This document shows positions 18,072-33,716 of a DNA stretch of 64,000 nucleotides, one piece after another; the first letter of the stretch is position 1, and each line of letters starts with the position of its first letter. The DNA comes from Bugula neritina (taxonomy: Eukaryota > Animalia > Bryozoa): positions 1,116,001-1,180,000 of the forward strand of contig OZ037770.1 in assembly GCA_964035545.1 (NCBI GenBank). Direction: 5' to 3'. The notes under the pieces were generated by a model. That model had not been told where the DNA came from. It ran no database searches and was given only the letters and a program-made list of their open reading frames with translations. Position numbers and translations under genes: made by a program.

Positions 18072-19142
18072 TCATGATATTATGTCACACCTGTTGTACT
18101 CATTACATATTGCCCAAGTGCCACAGCATTCATAACGATTACTGCAATAATCTAAAAATGAAAACAAACCAAAGTTTGTAAAAAAACTGATTGTTCTACA
18201 AAATGGGTAATTAACTTAATAGAATGAAGTATTAGTGTTGAGTTTACCCACTAGCCTCTGTGGTGTAATGGTAGTGCACTTGCTTGCAAGCCAGAAGATT
18301 CGAGTTCGATTCCCAGTGGGGGCAATTATTTTACAGAAGTATGTATGCGCAAGTATGTTAGACAGATTAGTATGACAAATGATTCACAACATTTTATATG
18401 ATGATTGATATCTTTTCATGCAAGACTTGGATATTCACATGTAAAAACTCACCATATCTTCCCCGGCAATTACCATTACTTCGTTTGTCTAAGTTCTTTT
18501 GGCCAAAGAGATACGTTCTCCTGAGAACATATAAGAAGTTCTTAAAGTCATTTTCTTGTTAAAAAAAGCTTATCGACCTTAAATTTAAACTTGCCTAACA
18601 AATGACTTGAGATGACAGTTTTGCTATAGTATCTCTTCACATTTCGATGAATAACTGATATAAAATGGAATGAGTGCAACAGTTTGTCATTAAATTGCTG
18701 TAATTTGTAAAACATAATATAAAAGATATTCAAACTGTAAAAATTAATATGCACAGTTTTGACCAGCTTAATCAATTAATCTGTAACGAAATAAACACTC
18801 AACATTTTGGGTATTGACAGGTCTTTAGATTGCTGTTTATAAAAGAATTAAAGTTAATAAAATGTATTGAATACTTTGTTATATTAATTAGGCAAAAATG
18901 AATTGCCATATTATACTCAGCTTACCACAAGTTTAAGTTGTAATCACTTTGAGTTGAAGGATGGTCAGTCCCTTGAACTTTTTCAAAAGGAGCTGCAAAA
19001 TAATTAAAAGGTGTGGCTATAGCCTTAAAATTCAGGAATCAAAGTTACAGATGTCAATGAAGTCTGCAGTCAACTTACCAAACGCCTCAGCAGCCAAGAA
19101 ATTGAGTGTAAGAAACAGTGTCACTAGACCAAGGTACTTCAT
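18072..19142 (-). CDS. Knottin precursor E, 92 aa, 6-Cys ICK-type
   Basis: Exons 19142-19079, 18992-18926, 18520-18453 and 18151-18072: MKYLGLVTLFLTLNFLAAEAFAPFEKVQGTDHPSTQSDYNLNLWRTYLFGQKNLDKR|SNGNCRGRYDYCSNRYECCGTWAICNEYNRCDIIS*. Confidence 0.92.
18253..18325 (+). mobile_element. tRNA-derived SINE head (Ala-like) in knottin E intron 3
   Basis: A box TGGTGTAATGG, GCTTGCAAGC anticodon-like arm, B box GTTCGATTCC; the acceptor stem does not pair. Absent from the paralogous intron of F. Confidence 0.7.
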
Positions 19143-20080
19143 CTTACTGTCTAGTGTAAGCAGGTGCTTGTCAAGTGATTGGTGAGAGTTTATTGATGTC
19201 ACAGCAACAGATAAATAGCTGAACATCATGCTGTCTTTTATATACAATCAGTTTAGGATTACTGGTTTTTGATTGGCTCTTTTTAATAATTTCTTTTTGT
19301 CACTCTAAAATAGTTTATAGCTTAACAACTTTGCATTACAAATGAGTTTGTTCTATTATGCCTATTGTTAATCTTAAGCACTTTGTTGGCAAATCTCATT
19401 TGGAAAATTTTACAATAAGTCATTGCTCTCATCAACAGTTGTTTGTTGACATTAGATCTAATCATTATAATTTCCTCGCTTTATAATCACAATTATTTCA
19501 TTTTTACAAGTGCTTCAAAGCAACACAATTTAAGGTGTTTGTTTTGTTAATGACACTGTATTTCAAACATCAGCTATCTTTTGATTCTTTACTGAGTAGT
19601 ATGATTGTACTCTTTCTTGTTTATCTTTATGGTGCTACTGTGTGACAACTCTAAATAGTGAAACTGCAGCTTTTTATTCCGTTTCCTGTGTGATCTAATC
19701 TTTATTTTGATGATTGTTCATGTAATTGTGCCTTATTAGAAGAACTGACAATGCTGAACTAGATAATGAAATCTCTCTGAGAATAGGAAATACTATAGTG
19801 CATGTTTTATCTTTATCCATTCCACTGGATTAAGATTTATAATGAATATCTAATATCTAATAATACATCATGAGACTTATGACAGCATAAGTTTTCCTAA
19901 TAATATATATCTATCAAACCACAAGCTCTTAGTGCCGTGCATATTGAACCCCAGACTGCTTAGTCAGTGCGTCGTTATTCTATGATGTCCCGAAAACATT
20001 TGCAGTAATACAAAACATAATATAATAGTGCAGGGTATGAAAAATTGAAGACTAGATTTGCAGCATTGAGTTTTCTTAGT

Positions 20081-20155
20081 AGACCAGACGATGCAATGGT
20101 TAGAGTGCCTGCTTGCAAGCCAGAGGTCTTGGTTTGGAACTCTAGTGGAGGCAAA
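20081..20155 (+). mobile_element. tRNA-derived SINE head, degenerate
   Basis: ATGCAATGGTTAGAGTGCCTGCTTGCAAGCCAGAGGTCTTGGTTTGGAACTCTAGTGGAGGCAA; same family as 18253. Confidence 0.6.
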
Positions 20156-20233
20156 ACAATTTTATATATTTGTGACTAATCTTCATTTACCATTCAAAAT
20201 CAAGTGTCAGGTGTATCGTGCTATACGGTATAA

Positions 20234-20680
20234 AGTTGCGTTTATACCTTCACGATTTTCGGTCAAAATTTCAATTTGGCCGGGTTAAAATTTCTCCGAG
20301 TTGCATTGCATTGTAAAAGCCACCCGTTGAAATTTTTGTACTGTGATAACTTAATCGGCCAATTTTAGAATAGGAGTAATAACTCCTTGTAAATATCGTT
20401 ATTTAGTTATTACTTTGGCGATTAGACAACGTACTTATACGGTTATAATTACATAGCCTACGCCTTCTCAATTATCGCTTTTATGCTTTCCGCTTCACTA
20501 ATTCACGACGTTTACAAAGGGCATCAAATAGCTATTATGCGAGTCAAATTTCAATTTCAGAAAGTGAGCAACCGCATCAATATGATTTCAACGAGTTTCG
20601 GTTTGACTATAAAGGGGTACCCGGACAAGCATTATTAACTTAAACTCGGTACTTTTTTCAGCAGAGGTATAAACGCAACT
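20234..20680. mobile_element. MITE with 16-bp perfect TIRs (PIF/Harbinger-like, tentative)
   Basis: AGTTGCGTTTATACCT (20234-20249) / AGGTATAAACGCAACT (20665-20680). It is absent from the paralogous block near 29330-29365. Confidence 0.7.
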
Positions 20681-20874
20681 GAACTCACTGCTGTACTGTG
20701 TAGTACTGCATGAGACCTGGAATATATACAGTGTGCAAGTAAACAGACTGCAATCATATGTCATGCGACATCTATATTTTCAATCATGGGTATCTCTGGT
20801 TTTGATTACTAACCATGCAGTACTAAAGTTTACCATCTTTAAAATCAATCCTCATTCAAAAGAACTTGAGATAG

Positions 20875-21120
20875 CTAGGACATTTTGAAAGGATGGGCCA
20901 TAGCAGTTTACTTATAGACAACTTCTTTATTCGCACCTGAAAAAAGGTAAACGTAACCAAGAAAGGGCCAGAGTGAGATTTAAAGACACTGTGAAGCAAA
21001 ATAGGAAGAAGATGGATATAGAAAAAGAAAGCCGGCAAAAGAAAACTAAATCATATAAAGATGAATGGAGATCAAGAAAATACAAAAGCAGTTATTGTCG
21101 TATCCACAGACTGTTATGTA
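20875..21120 (+). mobile_element. Degenerate 3-prime fragment of an RTE-clade LINE
   Basis: Translates, with one frameshift, to GHFERMGHSSLL/RQLLYSHLKKGKRNQERARVRFKDTVKQN, matching the RTE C-terminal pattern GH..RM...RLP.QLLY..L..GKR..GRP..R.KD. Absent from the paralogous block near 29530. Confidence 0.65.
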
Positions 21121-21279
21121 ATATTTATAATGATTTTTTGTAGCAAATACACATTTTATAATTTTTTATAAAATTACATTATGAAGATCTTTCCAGAACT
21201 TATCTGCTAATTTTAGAGATCAAGAGCTTTCCTAATAACAAATTTGACTACAGGGCTTTTAACTTTATATATATATATG

Positions 21280-21444
<165 letters not shown>

Positions 21445-21471
21445 ATATATATATATATATATTTACCTCAA

Positions 21472-21518
21472 TCTGTGGACAGCAGCTGTTTCGGGGTTTG
21501 TCCCCTCATCAGCACAGA
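21472..21518 (-). ncRNA. Minimal type I hammerhead ribozyme (Penelope-like element fragment 21462-21559 inside (TA)n)
   Basis: Minus strand reads TCTGTG CTGATGA GGGG acaaa CCCC GAAA CAG ctg CTG TC CACAGA: stem I, canonical core, stem II, stem III and a GUC cleavage site. Confidence 0.85.
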
Positions 21519-21556
21519 ACAGAGTACCATGGCCCACACCTTCGCAATAGTAGAAA

Positions 21557-23070
<1,514 letters not shown>

Positions 23071-23764
23071 TATAGTTTTGCTGGCATGCTTTAATAATTA
23101 TAAATTGTTCGATCAATTCTAATTTGGTGCCCATCATTTTGGAATTTTTACTTTTACTAGTCAACAAAAATATTATCAGCCGACTGCGTGTAGACTGAAA
23201 TATGTTAACAGTATCTACAAATTGCATAATAAATATTATTATACTCATTATGATATTTTATTGTTAAGCAAAGTCTTATTTCATGCGTTCGAAATCATCA
23301 ATTATCAATCAATATAATAATATATAGTGTTAATTGCTGGCATACAATGCAGATTTCAAAACAAATAAATTTAAGTACTTACTTTTTTATACTTAGCATC
23401 AATAAATAATAATAAAAAATTATTCAACAATTTCTCAATGATTAAAACAATTTTATCAAATAATTGTTAAACAATTAAAAAAATATTGAATAGTTTATAA
23501 ACAATTTGCAAATAATTATATTAAAGGAAGAGTACAAAATTACCAGATAATTGATCCAGGGTAGCAAAACTGTAATTATGTCGACTTAGCTATTTACTGT
23601 TATTATAACTTTGTTGAAACTTTTTGTTTTATCTTTTCCACTGTTTGTGCCTTGTGTTGGAGATTCCAAATCTACGAAAGCATTTAGCTCAAATATATTC
23701 TGCAAGCGGTTGTTTAGGCTTTTAGAGAAACCATAAGAACACTCATGCTAACCACGTCATTCTA

Positions 23765-24220
23765 CATAGACGCTCCCCAGTTAGATGCTCTTTATTTATT
23801 TTAGTACAATATGTATCCTATGTGCAACTTATTTGAATATTATTAAAATATATGTATATTTAAATAATTTTGGATCAATCGCTTTTTATTTAGCACATAA
23901 ATAAATTATTTTGATCTGCATTAACTTATTAATTTTGTATTTTCTATACTTCTTGTTGTTTGAAAAGATATAATTACGTTAATAAGTATTATTAATAATG
24001 TATTATTAAGTAGGCTATTATTATTAATGTATTACTGTTTTTTGTCTAACACAAGTCTGTAAAAATTGGACTATTATTTCAGATAATTCATGTTAGCTAT
24101 TATAGTTATTACTATTAGCCCACTAGCTATTTAGCATTCAATTAAACATTTATATAGGTATAATACTACAATATATTGGTACCAAAATAAAAATTAGCAT
24201 CTAACTGGGAAGCCTCTATC
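23765..24220. mobile_element. MITE with about 24-bp TIRs
   Basis: ATAGACGCTCCCCAGTTAGATGCT (23766-23789) vs AGCATCTAACTGGGAAGCCTCTAT (24196-24219), 22 of 24 bases complementary. Confidence 0.6.
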
Positions 24221-26502
24221 TTCCTGGGATGCTAACTATCAGCTAATTGAAAAAAAATGTTACAGGTTATGTAAGGCCAGCTTACCTCTTCTCTATACAT
24301 CCTGTTTGTGCACATAAAGAGGGCTTGCGTAATGAAATGCGATTCATAAACTACTCAGTAATTATTTTGTAAACTTTACTGTCATAAACATTTTACCTAA
24401 TTTATTTTTCTTTGAATTAGTTTTCTGTTCTGAATGTGTGCAATGTAAGCTAACACATCTTGAAAACAAATAGATTTAGCTACATAGCTTTAAATACTAA
24501 TTGTAAACTGCTCATCAAGTTTTTTTCTGTACTTGACTTATAGCCACGGTAGGTCAGGTGCCATGACTAGTGCAGCCACTATTTGGAAATATTTCTAGAG
24601 CCAATCAGGTAACATAATATTGAGTTATAATTGTAGTGTCTTTCATATTGTAATATAATATAAAAAAATTATAATTGTTTTGAAGTAAATTTGTGATTTG
24701 TTACATATTTTTGCTATACACATATTGTTGCGTTAATTATAGTTTTCACGATGTCATTTACAGCATCAGTCAAGACTATTAAGTTTCTTAACCTTTTTAC
24801 ATCTATTACATCTGTTTATTATATTTCATCTATTTTCTTTATCTCCTTTATTTCATTTAATCTATTTATTTATTTCAATTCATTTATTTCATCGATTTAG
24901 TTTATTGTATTTATTTATTGTACTCATTTTATTCATTTATTTGATTTATTTTATCGATTTAAACTATCTCGTTTATTAAACACTTTTTCGCAAATTTTTT
25001 ACATTTTTATAAATGTATAAACCCAAATAGTACTATTGTCAAAACAAAACATAGATTATAATATCCAAGAGTAAATGAAATTAAACAAGTGAAACAAAAA
25101 TCATTAGACTTTTGAAAGCTATTATTTATATTCTACATAATTGTAGCATGCAACCATGCCGGCAGACTAGGTTTATTCAGCCTTCCAAAGTTCTGCTGCT
25201 TTGATGATACTTTTAACATATATGCTAGTAAATTCCGAGAGAGTTTAGTTTGTCTGAATGATAAGTCAGATTTTGCTATTTTTAGCACAGCCTGCTCAGT
25301 TGGGTGTTTGATTGCGCGTTAGCTCGATCCAGACTCAATAAAATACAGTTGCTGCTTATTGTAGTAAATAAACAGCTGACAATTCTATGTTAATAATGCA
25401 AAAGCAGAAACAGGAGCTGCCAGGTCTTATTTAAAATTATACTTCATTGCCTATTTATCCTTTGAATAGAAATTCTCGTTGTGTTTGTATTTAAATTTTT
25501 ACATATGGATTGAAAGTGAATAGTAAATGGTAGTAAAGTAAACAAGCAATGGTAATAGTATACTATGCCTAGTTTTTTGCTTTATAATAACTTTATTTTT
25601 GTGCTTATATAGTTTACGCAGTAAAAGTTATGCTGAAGCTACAGCTACAAGTAAAAGTTCAGTACCAAACTGGTCTTTATATTTACATTTCTTAAGATCC
25701 ATGCATGAGCTTTTTTAATAAAATATAATTCTCTATTAATTAAAATTATTTTTTCACAAAGAGATATTGTAATGCAGTGGTAAAAGTGCTTGCTTAGAAC
25801 ATCAATGTCTGCTCTATAGGCGGGCCAGTATGTTGTAGTTTTGTGTAATTAACTACTACGCATGGTTATTTGCGTATATGAGAAGCTATAATAAGAACAT
25901 AACTTTTTGTATTTATCCAAGAAATAGAACTGCAAGTATTTCGAGAAGTGATAATTATATTTACAGACTTAGCATTTAAGAAAAGATATCAAGATAAAAC
26001 AATAGCATGACATCAGAACCATACATGAGTAACAATACTAGCTAAGTGTGTCTGGGTGCATGAGTTGTCCTGCTTCTATAAGAAAGCTTAATATCCTGAT
26101 TGGTTCCAAGAGTTCCGGTCTCCCTGTGGATGACTATCTTGCATCAGAGGCCGCCATTCCGCCAATTAGAGAGTGCGGAATTCCATGAGTGTAGTCATGT
26201 GGCACACACGTGTATAGTTTCATGTGTCATCTAGCTTAAAAGTAGAACAGTCTAGCTTATACTGTACTTGGAGCGAGACTTCAGCTGAGCTGCAGTAACA
26301 GTCACACGTTGTTAGTTGAGTCGATTATAGTCCATGTTGCATTAATATGGAGTGGGGGGGGGGGGTAGCATGATATATGCCACGGCCATCACTAGTAGTT
26401 CAAGTTACATAGAATTTATGTACTTTTCAATAAACTAACATTTTCACATGGAAAAATAACTGATGATGGTATATTACATCTAGCAAATATTGTAAAATAT
26501 TT

Positions 26503-26575
26503 GTCCCCAATGCGATTCGAGTCTGAGACCTTCAGGTTGCAAGCAGACGTGCTAACCAATACACTACATAGGGGC
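26503..26575 (-). mobile_element. tRNA-derived SINE head
   Basis: Reverse complement carries TAGTGTATTGGTTAGCACGTCTGCTTGCAACCTGAAGGTCTCAGACTCGAATCG. Confidence 0.6.
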
Positions 26576-27435
26576 TACTTCGAAACCTTAACACTACAAA
26601 TATATTAATAAAGCATAACTTTATGTTATTTTATATAATTTCATACTTTACATTTGTATTTCAGTTGAGGCAAAAAATTCCAACACTGAATATGATTATT
26701 TATATCTCTTGCATTATTATACAAATAAAGATTGAATCAAGTAGGAAACGAAATAAAAAGCTGCAGTTTCAACATTCAGAACTTCCAAACAGTAGCTCAA
26801 CACAAAAATAAACAGGAAAGAGTGTTAGTGCAGTTATACTTGAAAGAAAATTGCAGAGATATAGCCATAATTGTTGGCAACAAAGCACTATATCTATTAC
26901 TACAAAATTGTGCTTCCTTGAAGCACTCATAATAATGAAATAATTGTGATTATAAAGTGAAGAAATAATTATGATTAAATCTAATGTAACAGAGTTCAAG
27001 CATTATTTTATTTTCTTTAATAATTGTCGAAGTTGTCATAACATATTAACCATAAATGTGCCCATAGAAGTTAAAAATGAGCATATTTTTGAGCTGTGAT
27101 TTTAACATTCATTCTAAAAGTTATTGGAGCATGTATGAATAGTTATAGCTTAACTTCAAACATTTATCAAGCAGAAGTTGACTGTTTCTTATGCTTTATT
27201 ATGGTTTAACAGAAAATTATCACATGACAACAGCAAAAAATGCAGAAACATAATATTTTAGAGCAGAGAAAAGTTTAATTACACATCAAATGTCTTTGCG
27301 TGTATATAACATTTAGTTTAAATATGGTTATTAATGTTAAGCTTCTTAGTATTAGATATTTTCACGCTTAGAAGAAATTGTTTGCAGGGTTGAAAGTAGG
27401 GTTTAGTTACTCTCAAATAGTCAGGACACGATGTG

Positions 27436-28403
27436 TTATGATATGTCACACCTGCCGCGGGCATTGCAGAATGCCCAAGTACCACAGCATTGAGAATGAT
27501 CACTGCAATAATCTAAAATTTAAAGCAAACTAATGTTTGTAACAGAAATAGTTGTTCTACAAAACGGGAAACTCAATGGAATGTAGTAGGCTCTCAGTGT
27601 AAACATATTAGGCAGTATAGTATAGTAAATGCTTTTTGCATCTATATATCACAACACAGGTGATACGTATCTTTGCTTGTAAGATTTGAATATTCACAAG
27701 TAAAAACTTACTAAATCTTTGTTTGCAATCATTATAACTTCGCTTGTCTAAGTTCTTCTGATCAAGAAGATAAGCTCTCCTGATAATAAAATGTTCTTAA
27801 AATCATTTTTGTGTTAAAAAAAACTAGATCTAGCATTCAAACTAGCCTAACAAATGGCTTGAGATGAGATTTTGGCTAAAAGTTACTTCTTCACTTGCCA
27901 ATATACCTAATATAAATAGGAATAAGTGTAACAGTTTGTCATTAAATTGCTGTAATTTGCAAATTATGATATTCAAGTTATAGACAATAATATTCACAGT
28001 TTCACCAGCTAAACTTAGTCAACAATTGCTTATTCAATCAATCTGTAAAGAAATGAACATTCAACACTGGGTATAAATAAGTTTTTAGATTGCTGTTTAT
28101 AAAAGAATTCAAGTTAATAAAATATGAGTATGTTGAATACTTGTGTAATAATACACTAAAAATGAATCGCCATATACTTAGCTTACCACAAGTTTAAGTC
28201 GTAATCACTTCGAGTTGAAGGGTTTTCAGTCCCTCGAATTCCCTTCAAAGGAACTGCAAAATAATCCAAAGTGTAGAAAATTCAGAAATTAAAGAAGAGT
28301 TTAATTTTAAGGAATGAATAAAATCTACAGTCAACTTACCAAATGCATGGGTAGCCAGGAGATTGAGTGTAAGAAACAGTGTCACCAGAAACAGATACTT
28401 CAT
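27436..28403 (-). CDS. Knottin precursor F, 91 aa, 6-Cys ICK-type
   Basis: Exons 28403-28340, 28253-28187, 27779-27712 and 27512-27436: MKYLFLVTLFLTLNLLATHAFVPLKGIRGTENPSTRSDYDLNLWRAYLLDQKNLDKR|SYNDCKQRFNYCSDHSQCCGTWAFCNARGRCDIS*. Confidence 0.92.
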
Positions 28404-30379
28404 TATGCTGCCTAGTGTAAGCAGGTGCTTGTCAAGTGACTGGTAAGAGGTTTACTGATGTCACAGCAACAATTAGCGGATAAACAGTTGAACATCATGC
28501 TGTCTTTTATATACAACCAGTTTAGGATTACTGGTTTTTGATTGGCTCTTTTCACTAATTTCTTTTTGTCACTCTAAAATAGTTTATAGCTTAACGACTT
28601 TGCACTACAAATGAGTTTGTTCTATTATGCCTATTGTTAATCTTAAGCACTTTGTTGGTAATTTTCATTTGGAAAATTTTACAATAAGTCATTGCTCTCA
28701 TCAACAGTTGTTTGTTGAACATTACAACTAATCATTATAATTTCCTCGCTTTATAATCACAATTATTTTATTTTCACATGTCCTTCAATACAGTACACGA
28801 TTAATGGTGCTTGTTTTATTAATAATACTCTATTTCGAACATCCTATTCTTTGATTCTTTACCGCGCACTTGTATAGTCTTTTCTGTTTGTGTCTATTGT
28901 GCTAATATTTGGCAGCATATATAATTAGGAAACTGCAGCTTTTTATTTTGTTTCCTGTTTGATTTAATCTTTATTGTAATAATTGTGCACATGATAAGCT
29001 GACAATGCTATATACGCTCTTAGAATATAGGAAGCTCGAGTGCATGTTTTATCTTTATCCGTTTTGTTCGATTAGTGTAACTAATAATGCCACATGAGAC
29101 TTTCAACAGTATAACTGTGAGTAATAACATTACTTTCATCAAACTTTAGACACTTGGTGCTGCGCATATTTAGACTGCATGGTCATTACATGTTTTCTCA
29201 CTCTACAATTTTCGATAGCATCTGGTGAATAAAAAACAATGTAACAGCACAATTCATGTGAGAATTGAGGTTCAGGCTTCCAACTGAATGTTATACATGT
29301 TGCATTTAAATTCAAGTGTCAGGTGTTCAGTGCTACGTTGACGGCTGCCTTAAGCTGCATGGTGCTGAGACTTGGAACATATACAGTGTGCAAGCAGACA
29401 GACTGCAAGCACATGTCATGAGATATCTATAACACTCGACATGGAGGAAAGAAATTACTAACACAGAAGTACTAACAACAGCTAGTTTACCATCTTTATA
29501 ATCTATCCTTGTTCAAATAAACTTGAAAGGCTATAGAGTATATTATAAAATTATAATTATAATAATTACAAAAATAATTCTTTCTATAGTTAGCTTTTTT
29601 ATTTATCTGTAATTTTTATACATCAAAAAGTTTCCTAATAAAAATATATATTGCACACTAATTCAATATATGACTCAGCATATATAAAATGATCAACCTT
29701 ATTATAAACAATTTGTGCTCAATTGATTCTTAATTCCCTTATTCATTTTCCTTCGTCCCTTGTCTTAGAATTGTGCCTTATAATAGCTACTATATTTAAA
29801 TTCACAAATTTATATATATTTAACAAAGTTTAAAATATTATGCAAAAATGCGTAATAAATTTGCATGAGTGTACACTTGTCAACTAATGTGCAGAATTTT
29901 TTATATATTATCATATATTATTTTATAACTTAAATATTATATAAATAGATACAGACACACATGCAGGCACACATGTGCACACACACACTTGCACACATCC
30001 AGCACACATGCATAGAAGAATCTGATTAAAAACAAAATACTGGTAAAACGATATCGACAAATAAATAGTTTAGGCAATTCCATTTTTAGCAATATATTTT
30101 ATTATATATATAGATAAATTGTAAATCTATAGTCAAGTGACATATAATAATATAACTTAGTTATCCAATCACATCATAGCTTAAAAATTTATTAGTATAT
30201 TCTTGTGGCTTTATGATCTTATCTTTATAGCTATGATGTAATAGATAACATAATATATAAATGTAATAGTTTTATATCAATGATATGCATTTGGCATTCT
30301 CTATGCTCTTTGAAAATAGTGTATGCACGAGCACAACTCACACTTGCAAGCACCTGCAAGCACCTGCTGAAACACCAAA

Positions 30380-31784
<1,405 letters not shown>

Positions 31785-33716
31785 TTTATTAATTAGTATA
31801 TTCTACTTCAATTATAGACTGTGGTTCTTGTGTTTTGTGGCAAATGATTAGGACTTCTCTACTCTTCAAAATTTTATAAAAATATATTTTTATATATTAG
31901 AATTATAAAAGCATACACTTTGTGGTTCGATATTTTTATTTTCAAATATATAATTTTAGAAACTCAATCAAGCAGTTTAAATACTTATTCTTCAAATTAG
32001 TTTGCACTAATGTTTCGTTTCATCATCGTAGGTATAGTGTTTGTCTGTAAGATAGGGGAAATGGGACACTTTATGTAGAATGCTCTAAATGGTTTATAGA
32101 CAACTCAGGTAATTACAAATCACTTCATTGTATCACATCTCAGCGCAGCTCATGTAAACTAAACTCGTCAGTGTCAGTATTTGAGGCAAATTGTAGAACT
32201 ATTGCTGTGAATAAGCAATCTAAAAGATAAACTCGGCCACAAACAACATTTTGCTTTTGGTGTGCATGTATCTTCTTGTGCATAAATTTTCTTCAATATG
32301 TTCAGTTATGAAGTTGTGTGCCTTATGCACATGTTTTATGCTGTAATTTTGTTCTGTTTTTTTACCATAATGTTGTCTTCACTTCATAATAATTGTTTAT
32401 TGAGGGGTCAATAATTTAAAACAATTGCTTGCAAGCTTAAAACTAAGTAGGTTAAAAAACCAAGGTTTAAATTAAAGCGCAAATTAATTATCAGGCAAAA
32501 TTACTTATTGGTTGTACCCGATAATTACTAATAAAGTAGGAATAAGCCATGCAAACAAAGTGTTGATAATGAATGTAGTTGAACAATTCAATTTATAGTT
32601 AGTCATGCTGATTCTCTCATATATAAAAAGAAATTATTGAAATACTTATTGTTCTCAATCTTAATGAATAGCAAGCCTTTTAGTTGTTCTATTTCACTCA
32701 GTTTCTACCAAAACATCAACATCAACACCTCTATTTCAACCTGAGAAAAATCAATACAAGACTTGGCCAATCTGGTCAGGCAAAAGGAAATCAAATATCA
32801 AATCGAATTGAATGGAATTAAATTAGTGCAGTTCAGCTTAACAACTGATTCAGCATATACTAGCTGGTAGAAGCTTTTCAGTTTTAATCTCCACAAACCC
32901 AACACATTTATAGCCTCTCATATTGAATTGTTTCTCTTTTATAAATATCTTTTACAAATACTATTACAGAATCCATGCATGCATAATATGTTATTGAGAA
33001 AATTATATAAGACTATTGAACCCTAAGTTTTTCTATGCTTTTAATATTACTGAAATATAATTATAATTATTGTTATCATAAATATTAAATTATATGCATT
33101 TATATTACGTTGTTTCATATAATAGCTGACATATAATTGTTTCCTATATGTTTATTGTAAGTAAAAAAGCTCTCTTGATGAATTTAATTATAAATATAAG
33201 ATAAATAATAAAAACATAAAATACATGCATCCTGTAGCACTAAAACATTCCTAAAACTACAATGCTCAAAGAAAATGCACTTGAATTTTACAGACTAAAT
33301 TTACATAAAACTTATAGTGAAAAATGTTTATTGACTACAAATTGTTATTTGATAATTGCTAACCAACTTAAAAAGGTAACCTTTTTTTGATTTTGTTGCA
33401 AATATTTTTGACATTTCAAGAAAAAGTCTGTTGAAGTTTCCAAAAACCGGGACATGATATAGTTTGTGTTTTGCAGCAAAAATTACACAAGCCTACAGCA
33501 TTTCACCTACACAGGTAACTTACTCTTTGAAACTGAAGTTTCCACAGCGATTGTCTTCTCTTTCTCAACTCCTTAGTTTCATCCAGGTATTTTGTTTACA
33601 TGTCACTTATTATTCTTTCATATTCACAATAGTATATATATGAATAATTTTGTTATTTTTTAACAAACGTAATTTTAATACATTATGTTACAAAGAGAAT
33701 ATAATAATTATAGGTT

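Noticed and set aside
26010-26450. Possible solo LTR (CCAAT boxes, AATAAA, CA end)
   Set aside because: No second copy, target-site duplication or clear 5-prime boundary visible.
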